Shown piece by piece: positions 42,550 through 50,780 of a stretch of 53,205 bases of DNA. Each line of letters opens with the position of its first letter. The first letter of the stretch is position 1. Source of the stretch: Myxococcota bacterium (GTDB lineage: Bacteria > Myxococcota_A > UBA796 > CAJQPC01); NCBI GenBank assembly GCA_036337845.1, contig JAYZDK010000098.1, positions 1 to 53,205 on the forward strand, given 5' to 3'. A model generated the notes under the pieces. It made no database searches. It had not been told where the DNA came from and saw only the letters and a program-made list of their open reading frames with translations. Position numbers and translations under genes: made by a program.

Positions 42550-45500
42550 ATGGCGGGCATCACCATCCAACCCGGCGACCGGATTGGCTCCTATGTCTAC
42601 GTCCGGCAGATCGGGGAAGGTGGAATGGCCCACGTCATTTTGGCCCGCGACCCAAATGGGCGAGAGATCGCTCTCAAAATCCTGAAAGCCAGCCGCTTCA
42701 AGACGGGCCTGCCGAGATTCCGGCGAGAGTTTCGCGCACTCTCCAGAATCCAACACCCCAATGTGATCCGCGTCGAAGCCTATGGGGACGTCTACAACCA
42801 TCCATTCATCGCAATGGAGTACGTCGATGGGCCAGACCTACATCAGACCATTCGAGGATTCGCCAAGCTGACCTCAATGGAGGAGCGCTGGCGACGCTGT
42901 GAGGACCTCCTTGTCGATCTCTGCCGCGCACTCGCGCACGTTCACCAGCGCGGGTTGGTCCATCGAGACCTCAAACCCTCAAATATTCTGATCAGTCCAG
43001 AAGGCCGGGCCAAACTAACCGACTTCGGGATCGTCAAAGACCTGGACCCCTCTACCGAACAATCAGCCACCACCACCTTGGTGGGAACCTGGGCGTACAC
43101 ATCGCCCGAACAGATCAGTGGTAAACCACTGGACCACCGCTCCGACCTCTACTCCCTCGGGGTCATCCTGTTTGCAATGCTCACAGGAAGGCGACCCTTC
43201 GCCGCCAAAGACATGGCAGGCTACCGAAAGGCCCATCTTGAACAGATTCCGGTAAACCCTCGAGATGTGAACCCCGGAATCCCCGAACATCTCGACGAGA
43301 TCTGCACGCGCCTTTTATCCAAGCAACCTCGCGATCGTTTTCAATCTGCCCGGGAGATCCTCTACCAGCTCGAACAACTCGAAGAAAATGAGACCGTACC
43401 CGATCTGGAGCACTGGGCTCCGCCCCTCGTCGGAAGGGATGAAGAGACCCACGTTCTGGCCGACGCTGTCAACGCACTCACCCGGGCCGAAGGCGGCATG
43501 GTTTGGATTGAGTCCCCCGAGGGCGGGGGGCGCTCACGCATGCTTGAAACCATGGCAGAGAGAGCCCGAATCATCGGTATTCCCTACCACCGAGCGCGTG
43601 CCGAATCGGTGCTCACAGGCCTCGCCGGCATCGTCTCGGTCTCTCGAGAGGTCGCCACCGAACTCGGCGATCGGGCCCCCAAGAAGCTCCTCGAAGCCCT
43701 GGCAGACTGGATGGAGGGTACCAGTTGGGTGGGTGACGCAGCCTGGCGCCTCCTAGATGGCATGGTGGAGGGCATGGCTCGTCTACTCGAGGATGGCCCA
43801 AGGATCATTCTCTATGACGACTTTCATGCCGTCAGCTCCAGAGAAATGGAGCTGTTCGGCCACCTCATCCGAGTGATGGCTGAACGCGAACTCCCTTTTC
43901 TCGTAGCCATCGCCGTCCGTTCAGACACCAAGGTTACCGAGCTGGAACGCACCCTGGGCACCGAGAGGCTGGGGGTCACACCTACCCATGTCTATCTCCC
44001 TCCCCTCAAAGACAGAGCCATTCTGGAGCTGACCCAGAGCCTGCTGGGAACCGGCGAAAAGTCCAAAGTCCTAGCCAAACGCCTGGCCAGCGAGACCGAG
44101 GGCAACCCCCTGTTCATCGCCCAGTTCCTGGCCAACCTGATTCAGCGTGGCGTGTTGGTCCCTCAGATTGGTGGCCGCATGTCCCTGACAGTAGACGCCA
44201 CAGAAATCGCCACTGGACACCTGGAGTTTCCGCCAGGTGTCCGACAACTGCTGCAAAATCGCCTGGACGACCTCAAGCCAGGTTCTATGCGTGTCCTACA
44301 GACCCTGGCTGTCGGTGGCCGAGAAACCCAGCTCGAGCTCACATTGGCTGTATTGGACGAGGATGAGGACGACGTCCTGGACCGGCTCGATATCCTTCTG
44401 GACCGTGGTGTCATTCGGGAGCGTCGGAGCGGCCACCTGATCCACCATGAAATCAGCCACCGGCTTCTTTCCGATCTAGTCTATCGACAGTTGGACCCAG
44501 AACAACGCACCCTCCTACACCGCCGCATGGCCAGAGCCCTGGAGGTACAGTTCTCCTCCAATCCCGCAGCGGCTGAACTCGTAGGCGATCACTACCGGCT
44601 CGCAGGAGAAGCGGGAAGAGCCTATCGACACCTGGTCGCAGCCGCTAGTCGGGCACTGGCACGTTCACTGCCCGCCGAGGCCTGGGAAATCTCCAACCGT
44701 TCGCTTGCAATCGAAGACCTGGCACGAGTCGATCTCGGGCGCGGCGAGCTTGAAGAAAGCCGAGCGCGGCTTCTCCGAATCCGGGCCGATGTTCAATACG
44801 GCCGCGGCCAATGGGAAGAGTGTCGAACCACATTGGAAGCCTTGCTGGGGCTCTGCAAGCTCACAGGCAATGAATGGGCAGGCCTTCGAGCAGAGATAGA
44901 GATGGGACGCGTACTCGATCGACTCAACGACTCAGAAGCTTCGATGGAGTGCTTCAAGAACGCCTTGAAAATGGCCCGAAAGCTCAAAGACCGCGAGGGC
45001 GTCGCAGAGACTCTTGCTGCCCAATCTGCTGGATATTGGGATGCCGGAAACATGGAAAAATGCGAGCAACTGGCCAGTGAAGGGCTGATTCTGGCCGTCG
45101 GAGAGTCCATGAAACGGATTCGAGCCGAGTTGTTGTTGGCCGCGACAGCTGCGCAAGCCTTCCAAGGACAACTCTCGCAAGCAGCAACAGGCATGGCCGA
45201 GGCAGAGCGCATCTTTCGAGAACTCGGACAAAAGCGCACTCGAGTGGTCGCCCTCTGCAACCTCAGTGAGCTTCTCCTGTGGCAAGGAGAGATCGCCGAC
45301 TCAAACCGCCGGGTCTCCACTGCCCACAACGATGCCAAAGAACTGGGATACGCACTGGGCATGGCAAGCTCCCTGAGGCTGCGTGGAGAGCTGGAGTTGG
45401 AAACGGGCCAGGTTGAGCGTGCCGAGAAGACACTTCGAGGAGCTGTCGAGCTGGCCACAAGCCTGAACCTGGTCGCCGACATGATCTCGGGCCGGTTTGC

Positions 45501-45996
45501 TCTCGCCCGGTTGTACGCCGAACGGGAAGACCCCGTAGAAACAGAGGCCCAGGTCTCCGTAGCGAGGGTGCTGGCAAGCAAGAGAGACCCCGAGCAATTT
45601 GCACCCGCACTCGTCGCGCTGCATGGCTGGTCCTGCGCCATGACCGGAGACGCATCCGATGCCCGTCGAATGTTCAGCAACGCCGAACGCTCCGTCACCA
45701 AGGCCCCTCTACCCCGGCGTTGCCAGGTGCTGATTACCTGTGCCCGAGGGTTCCATGTGCTGGGCGTCAGCCGCGAAGCTCAGCGGTTGGCAACCCTCGC
45801 TGCAACCATGGCCTCAACCAACGGCTTCAGACTCCGAAATCTCGAGGCTCGTCATATGCTGTCCACCATCCAGGAAGACCCTGCGGCCGCCCAGGCCTAC
45901 CACTCGGAGTCGCAGGGAATCGCACGAACGTTCATGGAAGAACTGGAACCCGAGCAGGCTGCAGCCTTCAGAAAGAAATACGCCGACCTGCTCTAG
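42550..45996 (+). CDS. Ser/Thr protein kinase fused to a STAND-like module (degenerate P-loop) and TPR repeats (paralogue 3)
   Basis: The in-frame ATG at 42550 gives MAGITIQPGDRIGSYVYVRQIGEGGMAHV. IALKI, HRDLKPSN, LTDFG, YTSPE. The Walker A position reads SPEGGGRS (43513-43536). The track start is 42415. Confidence 0.9.
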   Translation: MAGITIQPGDRIGSYVYVRQIGEGGMAHVILARDPNGREIALKILKASRFKTGLPRFRREFRALSRIQHPNVIRVEAYGDVYNHPFIAMEYVDGPDLHQTIRGFAKLTSMEERWRRCEDLLVDLCRALAHVHQRGLVHRDLKPSNILISPEGRAKLTDFGIVKDLDPSTEQSATTTLVGTWAYTSPEQISGKPLDHRSDLYSLGVILFAMLTGRRPFAAKDMAGYRKAHLEQIPVNPRDVNPGIPEHLDEICTRLLSKQPRDRFQSAREILYQLEQLEENETVPDLEHWAPPLVGRDEETHVLADAVNALTRAEGGMVWIESPEGGGRSRMLETMAERARIIGIPYHRARAESVLTGLAGIVSVSREVATELGDRAPKKLLEALADWMEGTSWVGDAAWRLLDGMVEGMARLLEDGPRIILYDDFHAVSSREMELFGHLIRVMAERELPFLVAIAVRSDTKVTELERTLGTERLGVTPTHVYLPPLKDRAILELTQSLLGTGEKSKVLAKRLASETEGNPLFIAQFLANLIQRGVLVPQIGGRMSLTVDATEIATGHLEFPPGVRQLLQNRLDDLKPGSMRVLQTLAVGGRETQLELTLAVLDEDEDDVLDRLDILLDRGVIRERRSGHLIHHEISHRLLSDLVYRQLDPEQRTLLHRRMARALEVQFSSNPAAAELVGDHYRLAGEAGRAYRHLVAAASRALARSLPAEAWEISNRSLAIEDLARVDLGRGELEESRARLLRIRADVQYGRGQWEECRTTLEALLGLCKLTGNEWAGLRAEIEMGRVLDRLNDSEASMECFKNALKMARKLKDREGVAETLAAQSAGYWDAGNMEKCEQLASEGLILAVGESMKRIRAELLLAATAAQAFQGQLSQAATGMAEAERIFRELGQKRTRVVALCNLSELLLWQGEIADSNRRVSTAHNDAKELGYALGMASSLRLRGELELETGQVERAEKTLRGAVELATSLNLVADMISGRFALARLYAEREDPVETEAQVSVARVLASKRDPEQFAPALVALHGWSCAMTGDASDARRMFSNAERSVTKAPLPRRCQVLITCARGFHVLGVSREAQRLATLAATMASTNGFRLRNLEARHMLSTIQEDPAAAQAYHSESQGIARTFMEELEPEQAAAFRKKYADLL

Positions 45997-46927
45997 CCCA
46001 GGCCACCCCCAAGGCTCCAATCCACCAGAAGAATTGTCTCCGGTGTGGAGCCCCAGATACCGAGCAGCCACACCCCACAGCGCTCAGATCTTCCGTGGGA
46101 ACCGGCACTCCCTCTTTCGCACCAAAACCCGAGTCTTCGATCTCAAAGGAACTGGTGTCCTCAAGCTCTTCTTCTGGCTCCTCAAGAGACTCGAAATCCA
46201 CGTACTCCCAAATCCACTCCAGGTGAGTGTCCACCCGTGTGGCACCAGCACCCCCTCCGACACAAGCGGTTTCACTTTGCTGCTGTGCATAAACAAAGCT
46301 GCTGACTCCCGCCAAATAGTACTGGCCGTCTACCTCACGCAGTCCCGAGCCACCTGAATCACCCTGGCAAAGATTTCCGCCTTCCGGAGCGTAGGTGTAG
46401 ATGAACTGGTCATCGAATTCATAAAACGGAAGGTTGACCGTTCTCTTGATTCCCGAGTCCTCGGCACTGTCGCTCGTGACGCCAAACCCCACATAGGTCA
46501 AATCCGTACCCAGCCACCGATTGCCCACCCTATCCTCATTCAATGGCATCCACGCGACCTCTTCAATCGGCTCGGACAGATGCATCAGGCCGATATCGTG
46601 TCGCAAGGCCTGGGGGCTGTAGTCGGGATGGACAATCGCGTCGTCTACCTCCGCAATGAAGTCCACACCACTCTCCCGATAGATGTCATGACCCACGAGA
46701 AATAAGACACTGGCATTGGGCCCCCCTCGTGACCCCTCAATGCAGTGAGCCGCCGTAAGCACCCATTCCGGGTGAATCAACGTAGCCGAGCAGAAAAACG
46801 AGGCGCGGTGGCCATTGGTTCGAACCAGCGCCCCGGAAGCCGCAAAGTCGGCCGTGAGCTCCCCTCCTACGATAGGTGGCGCCACTTGCGCCATGCTCAG
46901 AGAAACAAACCAGGTAAGACTCAACAT
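45968..46927 (-). CDS. Secreted trypsin-like (S1) serine protease with a Cys-containing C-terminal sorting tail (MYXO-CTERM-like)
   Basis: The signal peptide is followed directly by IVGG. Catalytic triad contexts are LTAAHC, HDIGLM and CQGDSGGS. The tail reads GCGCSVSG...FFWWIGALGVAWARAGRR (Cys motif, hydrophobic helix, Arg cluster). Confidence 0.85.
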   Translation of the reverse strand: MLSLTWFVSLSMAQVAPPIVGGELTADFAASGALVRTNGHRASFFCSATLIHPEWVLTAAHCIEGSRGGPNASVLFLVGHDIYRESGVDFIAEVDDAIVHPDYSPQALRHDIGLMHLSEPIEEVAWMPLNEDRVGNRWLGTDLTYVGFGVTSDSAEDSGIKRTVNLPFYEFDDQFIYTYAPEGGNLCQGDSGGSGLREVDGQYYLAGVSSFVYAQQQSETACVGGGAGATRVDTHLEWIWEYVDFESLEEPEEELEDTSSFEIEDSGFGAKEGVPVPTEDLSAVGCGCSVSGAPHRRQFFWWIGALGVAWARAGRRISF

Positions 46928-46970
46928 ACAGGCCGCCTATCCGCGGTCTTGAGCCTCACCAACACCGGGC

Positions 46971-47984
46971 TCAGTTCCGTCGACGACGAAACAGGGCCAC
47001 AAGGCCTATCAGCCAGCCCCCCGTCCAACTAGCGCCTGCGGTTGTCGCACACATGCCGCGGTAGTCCCCGCTAGGCCGCGCCGGTAGATCACCGGTGTCG
47101 AAGAACGGCCCATCATCATCGCTATCATCGGTATCGGCATCGCTGTCCGAGTCGGCATCACTATCGGAGTCGGAGTCGCTATCCGAGTCACTGTCGGAAT
47201 CTGCGTCCACATCCGCATCTCCATCCGATTCGTTCAACGGCACATACTGCTCAAGCCAAGAGTAGTAGGAGTCCACCCGAACCGCTCCGCCAGCAGCACC
47301 TGGGGCATCGCATTGAGGCTGCCCGCCATTGATGTTGTAGGTAAAGGAGTTCACCCCCACCAACTCCATCTCACCATTGGAACGGGGCATCAAGGCCGCT
47401 CCACCCGAATCACCACTACAGACGTTCTTCCCACTCGAAGAGTAGGTGTAGATGATGTACTGATCGTGGGTATAGACCGGCACATCTACGGTGCGCTTGG
47501 TACCGGAATCATCGCGATTGTCGCTGGTAATGCCCCACCCCACATAAGTGACATCATCGCCGTGCCAACTGTCTCGGACCCGGTCTGTATTCAGCGGCAT
47601 CGTATCAAACGAAGACAGGCTGTGAAGTAGCTCCACCAGCCCGATGTCCGCCCAACTGTTTCCCTGCGAGCCGTAGTTGGGATGGGAGAACATATCTGTG
47701 GCAGTCGCGTAGGCGTCCACACCATTGTTGGATTCGAGATCGTTCCCAATCACGAAACAAACGTCCCCGCCATAGTCCAGGAACGACTCCACACAATGCG
47801 CTGCCGTCACCACCCACTTCTTGTGGATCAAGGTTCCCGAACAAATAGAGGACCACCCAGACCCACCGCCACAACCAAACAGCACCCCCACAGACTCATA
47901 CGCAGAGGTGGTTGTACCCCCCACGATCGGCGGTGCTTCCTGCGCGAACCCCAGCGAAACAAGAAGAGGAAGAGAAATCAGCAT
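46971..47984 (-). CDS. Secreted trypsin-like (S1) serine protease with an Asp/Ser-rich linker and a Cys-containing C-terminal sorting tail
   Basis: The in-frame ATG at 47984 gives MLISLPLLVSLGFAQEAPPIVGG. VTAAHC, ADIGLV, CSGDSGGA. The tail reads GMCATTAGASWTGGWLIGLVALFRRRRN. The track ORF extends to a TTG at 48404, but that extension has no protein-like features. Confidence 0.85.
   Translation of the reverse strand: MLISLPLLVSLGFAQEAPPIVGGTTTSAYESVGVLFGCGGGSGWSSICSGTLIHKKWVVTAAHCVESFLDYGGDVCFVIGNDLESNNGVDAYATATDMFSHPNYGSQGNSWADIGLVELLHSLSSFDTMPLNTDRVRDSWHGDDVTYVGWGITSDNRDDSGTKRTVDVPVYTHDQYIIYTYSSSGKNVCSGDSGGAALMPRSNGEMELVGVNSFTYNINGGQPQCDAPGAAGGAVRVDSYYSWLEQYVPLNESDGDADVDADSDSDSDSDSDSDSDADSDSDADTDDSDDDGPFFDTGDLPARPSGDYRGMCATTAGASWTGGWLIGLVALFRRRRN
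47112..47228 (-). repeat. Low-complexity coding repeat, (GAY-WSN)n, encoding an Asp/Ser-rich linker
   Basis: Encodes SDGDADVDADSDSDSDSDSDSDSDADSDSDADTDDSDDD. Visible on the plus strand as iterated gtc/atc-gga/gct units. Confidence 0.8.
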
Positions 47985-48183
47985 CTGTAAAGAAGTCCTT
48001 GTGACAGCCAAATGTAGAGTCGGTTCAGCACAACCACAACCCCATCCATGACAAGTAAATGTCTGTCCCCATCTATCATCCACACCCGAACCGACCTCGC
48101 AGACAAGTCGAACCCGTGCAAAGTATGCGAGAATCCCAGCGTTCCAATAGGAACATGTCTCGAACGCACACAGGAGCACTACA

Positions 48184-48957
48184 ATGTTCTTGCTAGAAGC
48201 CGCTCTTCTGTTGACCGCTTGCAGCGACAACCCCGAAATCAAACTCAAAGTCGTCGATGTGTGGGGCAAACCCGTGGCTTCGGCCAGCGTAATCCAGGAA
48301 GGGGTGTCGGGTATGCAGAAGACCGATAGCGGCGGTCTACTGGATCTACAGGTCACATCATCGGGACCCGTACGACTACAAGCGGGAACCGAGGGATACA
48401 TCAAGGACTACATCACCGTGGAGGTACCCGAACAAGATGAGGGCACCCAGCCGGCCACAATCGAATTGTATCCAAGCCCCAGCGAGCCAGGGTTCTATGC
48501 CGTAGGCGATGCGGGCTACATGCCAGTCAAGCCCATTCCCCTGAAGACCGTCTCCACCGAACTGTCTCGCTATCACGGCGTTCAGGAAGTCCCCCGAGAG
48601 AGTCTCCATCGCCGTGGGTCTGCCCACCGGTTTGTCTACTACGCACCGCTTCGCGACTGGGAAATCCGACAGTTGGGCCTGGAGCTCGCACAGTTGAAGT
48701 TTCAGGAATCAGCCGAAGTCACCAGCGTGCTAGGCCCAACGGAAATCGACCTGAACATGTGGATCTCCGACAAAGACGTCAAGATGGAACTCAGCGGACT
48801 CTGGGCCATGGATCACTACTTGATCACCACTGAAGCCGAACTCGAAGAAGGGGTCTACGCATTTCACGCTCAATCGATTCTCAATACCCGAGAAGCCGAA
48901 GCACTGGAAAAACTCCCCAAAGAGCTTCAGGTGGTCTACCCGTTCGAGGTCAAGTAG
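48184..48957 (+). CDS. Hypothetical lipoprotein
   Basis: CAGGAG upstream. MFLLEAALLLTAC lipobox. No family recognised. Confidence 0.6.
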   Translation: MFLLEAALLLTACSDNPEIKLKVVDVWGKPVASASVIQEGVSGMQKTDSGGLLDLQVTSSGPVRLQAGTEGYIKDYITVEVPEQDEGTQPATIELYPSPSEPGFYAVGDAGYMPVKPIPLKTVSTELSRYHGVQEVPRESLHRRGSAHRFVYYAPLRDWEIRQLGLELAQLKFQESAEVTSVLGPTEIDLNMWISDKDVKMELSGLWAMDHYLITTEAELEEGVYAFHAQSILNTREAEALEKLPKELQVVYPFEVK

Positions 48958-48969
48958 TACCCGCCTCAG

Positions 48970-49539
48970 CTACAAGCCCCGTGATCTCTGGAGTAATCCA
49001 ATCAAGATCTCTGCTTGATAAGCGGCGTCGTAGTCGGCTCGATGTTTGAGCGTCAGATCTTCATCCGGCAGCCCAAGCGCCTCGGAGATCACCTCTTTGC
49101 TGCTGTCGAACCAGTGCACCCCCAACACTCCCGTGGCCAAGGCCTTGGTATCCAGAGCTTTGTAGCCAAAGGGGTTTTCCATATCCTCGGCAGCAAAACA
49201 CCAGGCCACAAACGACCAATCAAACGGGGCATTGTGGCCCACAAAAACAGGCTTCGTGCCATCCACTGTCTTTTCCTGAACCCAGTCTCGCAACGCTTCG
49301 AGCGCTGCTCTCCTATCCAAGCCCTCCACACGGAGTTTCTCCAGATCCAGCCCGTTGACGGCCATGGCTCCGGGGTCCACACGTGGCGCCTGTGGAACAA
49401 TCTCAAGGTAGAGCGAGTCTCCTATTTCCAGTTCTTCCCGGTCATAGACCACAACCGCGCCCAACGAGATCATGTCGTAGAGCGCGGGCACCGGGCCCGA
49501 GCACTCGATATCGATACAGAACCAAGTAGCCCTCTGCAT
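48970..49539 (-). CDS. DEDD-family 3'-5' exonuclease (small, DnaQ-like)
   Basis: The in-frame ATG at 49539 gives MQRATWFCIDIECSGP (Exo I DIE). FVGHNAPFDWSFV (Exo II). HRADYDAAYQA (Exo III). The 163-codon upstream part of the track ORF is low-complexity and antisense to the next gene, so it was discarded. Confidence 0.75.
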   Translation of the reverse strand: MQRATWFCIDIECSGPVPALYDMISLGAVVVYDREELEIGDSLYLEIVPQAPRVDPGAMAVNGLDLEKLRVEGLDRRAALEALRDWVQEKTVDGTKPVFVGHNAPFDWSFVAWCFAAEDMENPFGYKALDTKALATGVLGVHWFDSSKEVISEALGLPDEDLTLKHRADYDAAYQAEILIGLLQRSRGL

Positions 49540-50707
49540 GTCACCTCCCTCCGAGCCCACTAACCCCTCCTGGTTCAGAACCGTCCTCAGCGGGTCAGTT
49601 CTGATCACCGGGCTCGTGCCTGTCGCCATCGCCATGGCCACAATCATCGGGCTCGGGGTCGTGCGTCTTCTTCCCCCATGGCTGCTTTCCATCACCACAC
49701 TCACGCTGGTGATTCTTCCCTGGCTGGGCATCGCCAGTCTGTTTCGTCGCAGACTCAACGGATTGGCTGCAGGGGCCTGGGTCTGGCCTGTCCTGCTGTT
49801 AGCCGGTATTCCCCTATACCTTCCACAGGAGCGAGCAGATGCGCTCGTGACCGGCATGGCCCACCTCGTGAGCCCCCTTCCGGAAGAACACAACGCCTGG
49901 ATCATCGAGAAATCGCGCATTCTCGCCGCCTTACTCCGAGTTGAGTCGATCGCTGGTGAGATTCCCCCACCTGAAGCGGAACTTGAGTCCCCACCACCGG
50001 AACCGAAAACAGCAAAGACGCTCCCCACAACCGGAGTGGCCTTGCCCTACGAAGGCACAGAGAATCAACGACGCGTTTCTGTCGTGATCGAAGACATTGA
50101 CGGCGAAACCCGAGAAGTGTGGATGATCTTCGATACGGGTGCTTCCCTCACGACAGTCGACAACAAGACCTTGAGATCACTCGGCGTCGAAATCCCAGCA
50201 AACGGTCCCCAGCTCGACCTGAAGACCGCCAACGGCATCCGCAGAGATCGGGTCGCGCTCTTGGAGCGTGTCTGGGTCGGAGGCATGCCCGTTGAAGGAG
50301 TCACTGTGGCCGCCTGCGATCCCTGCGCTCCCGACGATGGCGTGGGGTTGCTCGGACTGAACGTGACTGGCATGTTTCACGTCACCTTAGACCCCGAACG
50401 CCAGGAAATCGTTCTTCAGCCCCGCAATGACATTCCAGACCGACTGGGTGACATCTCTCCCTGGGTCGAACTCAGCGGCACCTTCCATACCTGGTCCGAT
50501 GGTCGGGTTGAAATGGAAGTGGGAGCCCTGAACCAGTCCAGGCGACCGATCTCCCGAGTGTCTGTAGCCATCGATTGCGGAGAACAGCGCTTTCGCACAG
50601 ATATACGAAACATAGAACCCGGTGCTACCGAGAGCCAACGTGTGTCATTGCCACGCTGGACGACCTGCACACCCGGCGTGTTCTCTTTGAGAGGAGCCCA
50701 CTGGTAA
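49538..50707 (+). CDS. Membrane-anchored retropepsin-like (clan AA) aspartic protease
   Basis: Three N-terminal hydrophobic helices, then WMIFDTGASLTTV (DTGA active site) and GVGLLGLNV. The architecture resembles the bacterial TM-anchored retropepsin-like family. The start is uncertain because it shares a CATG with the divergent exonuclease start. Confidence 0.65.
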   Translation: MSPPSEPTNPSWFRTVLSGSVLITGLVPVAIAMATIIGLGVVRLLPPWLLSITTLTLVILPWLGIASLFRRRLNGLAAGAWVWPVLLLAGIPLYLPQERADALVTGMAHLVSPLPEEHNAWIIEKSRILAALLRVESIAGEIPPPEAELESPPPEPKTAKTLPTTGVALPYEGTENQRRVSVVIEDIDGETREVWMIFDTGASLTTVDNKTLRSLGVEIPANGPQLDLKTANGIRRDRVALLERVWVGGMPVEGVTVAACDPCAPDDGVGLLGLNVTGMFHVTLDPERQEIVLQPRNDIPDRLGDISPWVELSGTFHTWSDGRVEMEVGALNQSRRPISRVSVAIDCGEQRFRTDIRNIEPGATESQRVSLPRWTTCTPGVFSLRGAHW

Positions 50708-50780
50708 CGCCGAACACCGCCCAGCAACCGGGAGCGTTAGAGGGTATGTTCCTAATTCAGCGGCACCGCGAGTTCCCCCT

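Noticed and set aside
47985-48404. 140-codon N-terminal extension (TTG start) of the second S1 protease ORF
   Set aside because: The extension is Cys/Arg/Thr-rich and lower in GC (promoter-like). An internal Met at 47984 gives a canonical signal peptide followed by IVGG. The region more plausibly holds the divergent promoters for the protease and the 48184 lipoprotein.
49540-50028. 163-codon N-terminal extension of the exonuclease ORF 48970..50028
   Set aside because: Low-complexity Ser/Gly/Arg/Ala sequence, antisense to the TM region of the aspartic-protease gene. The DEDD Exo I motif starts right after Met at 49539.
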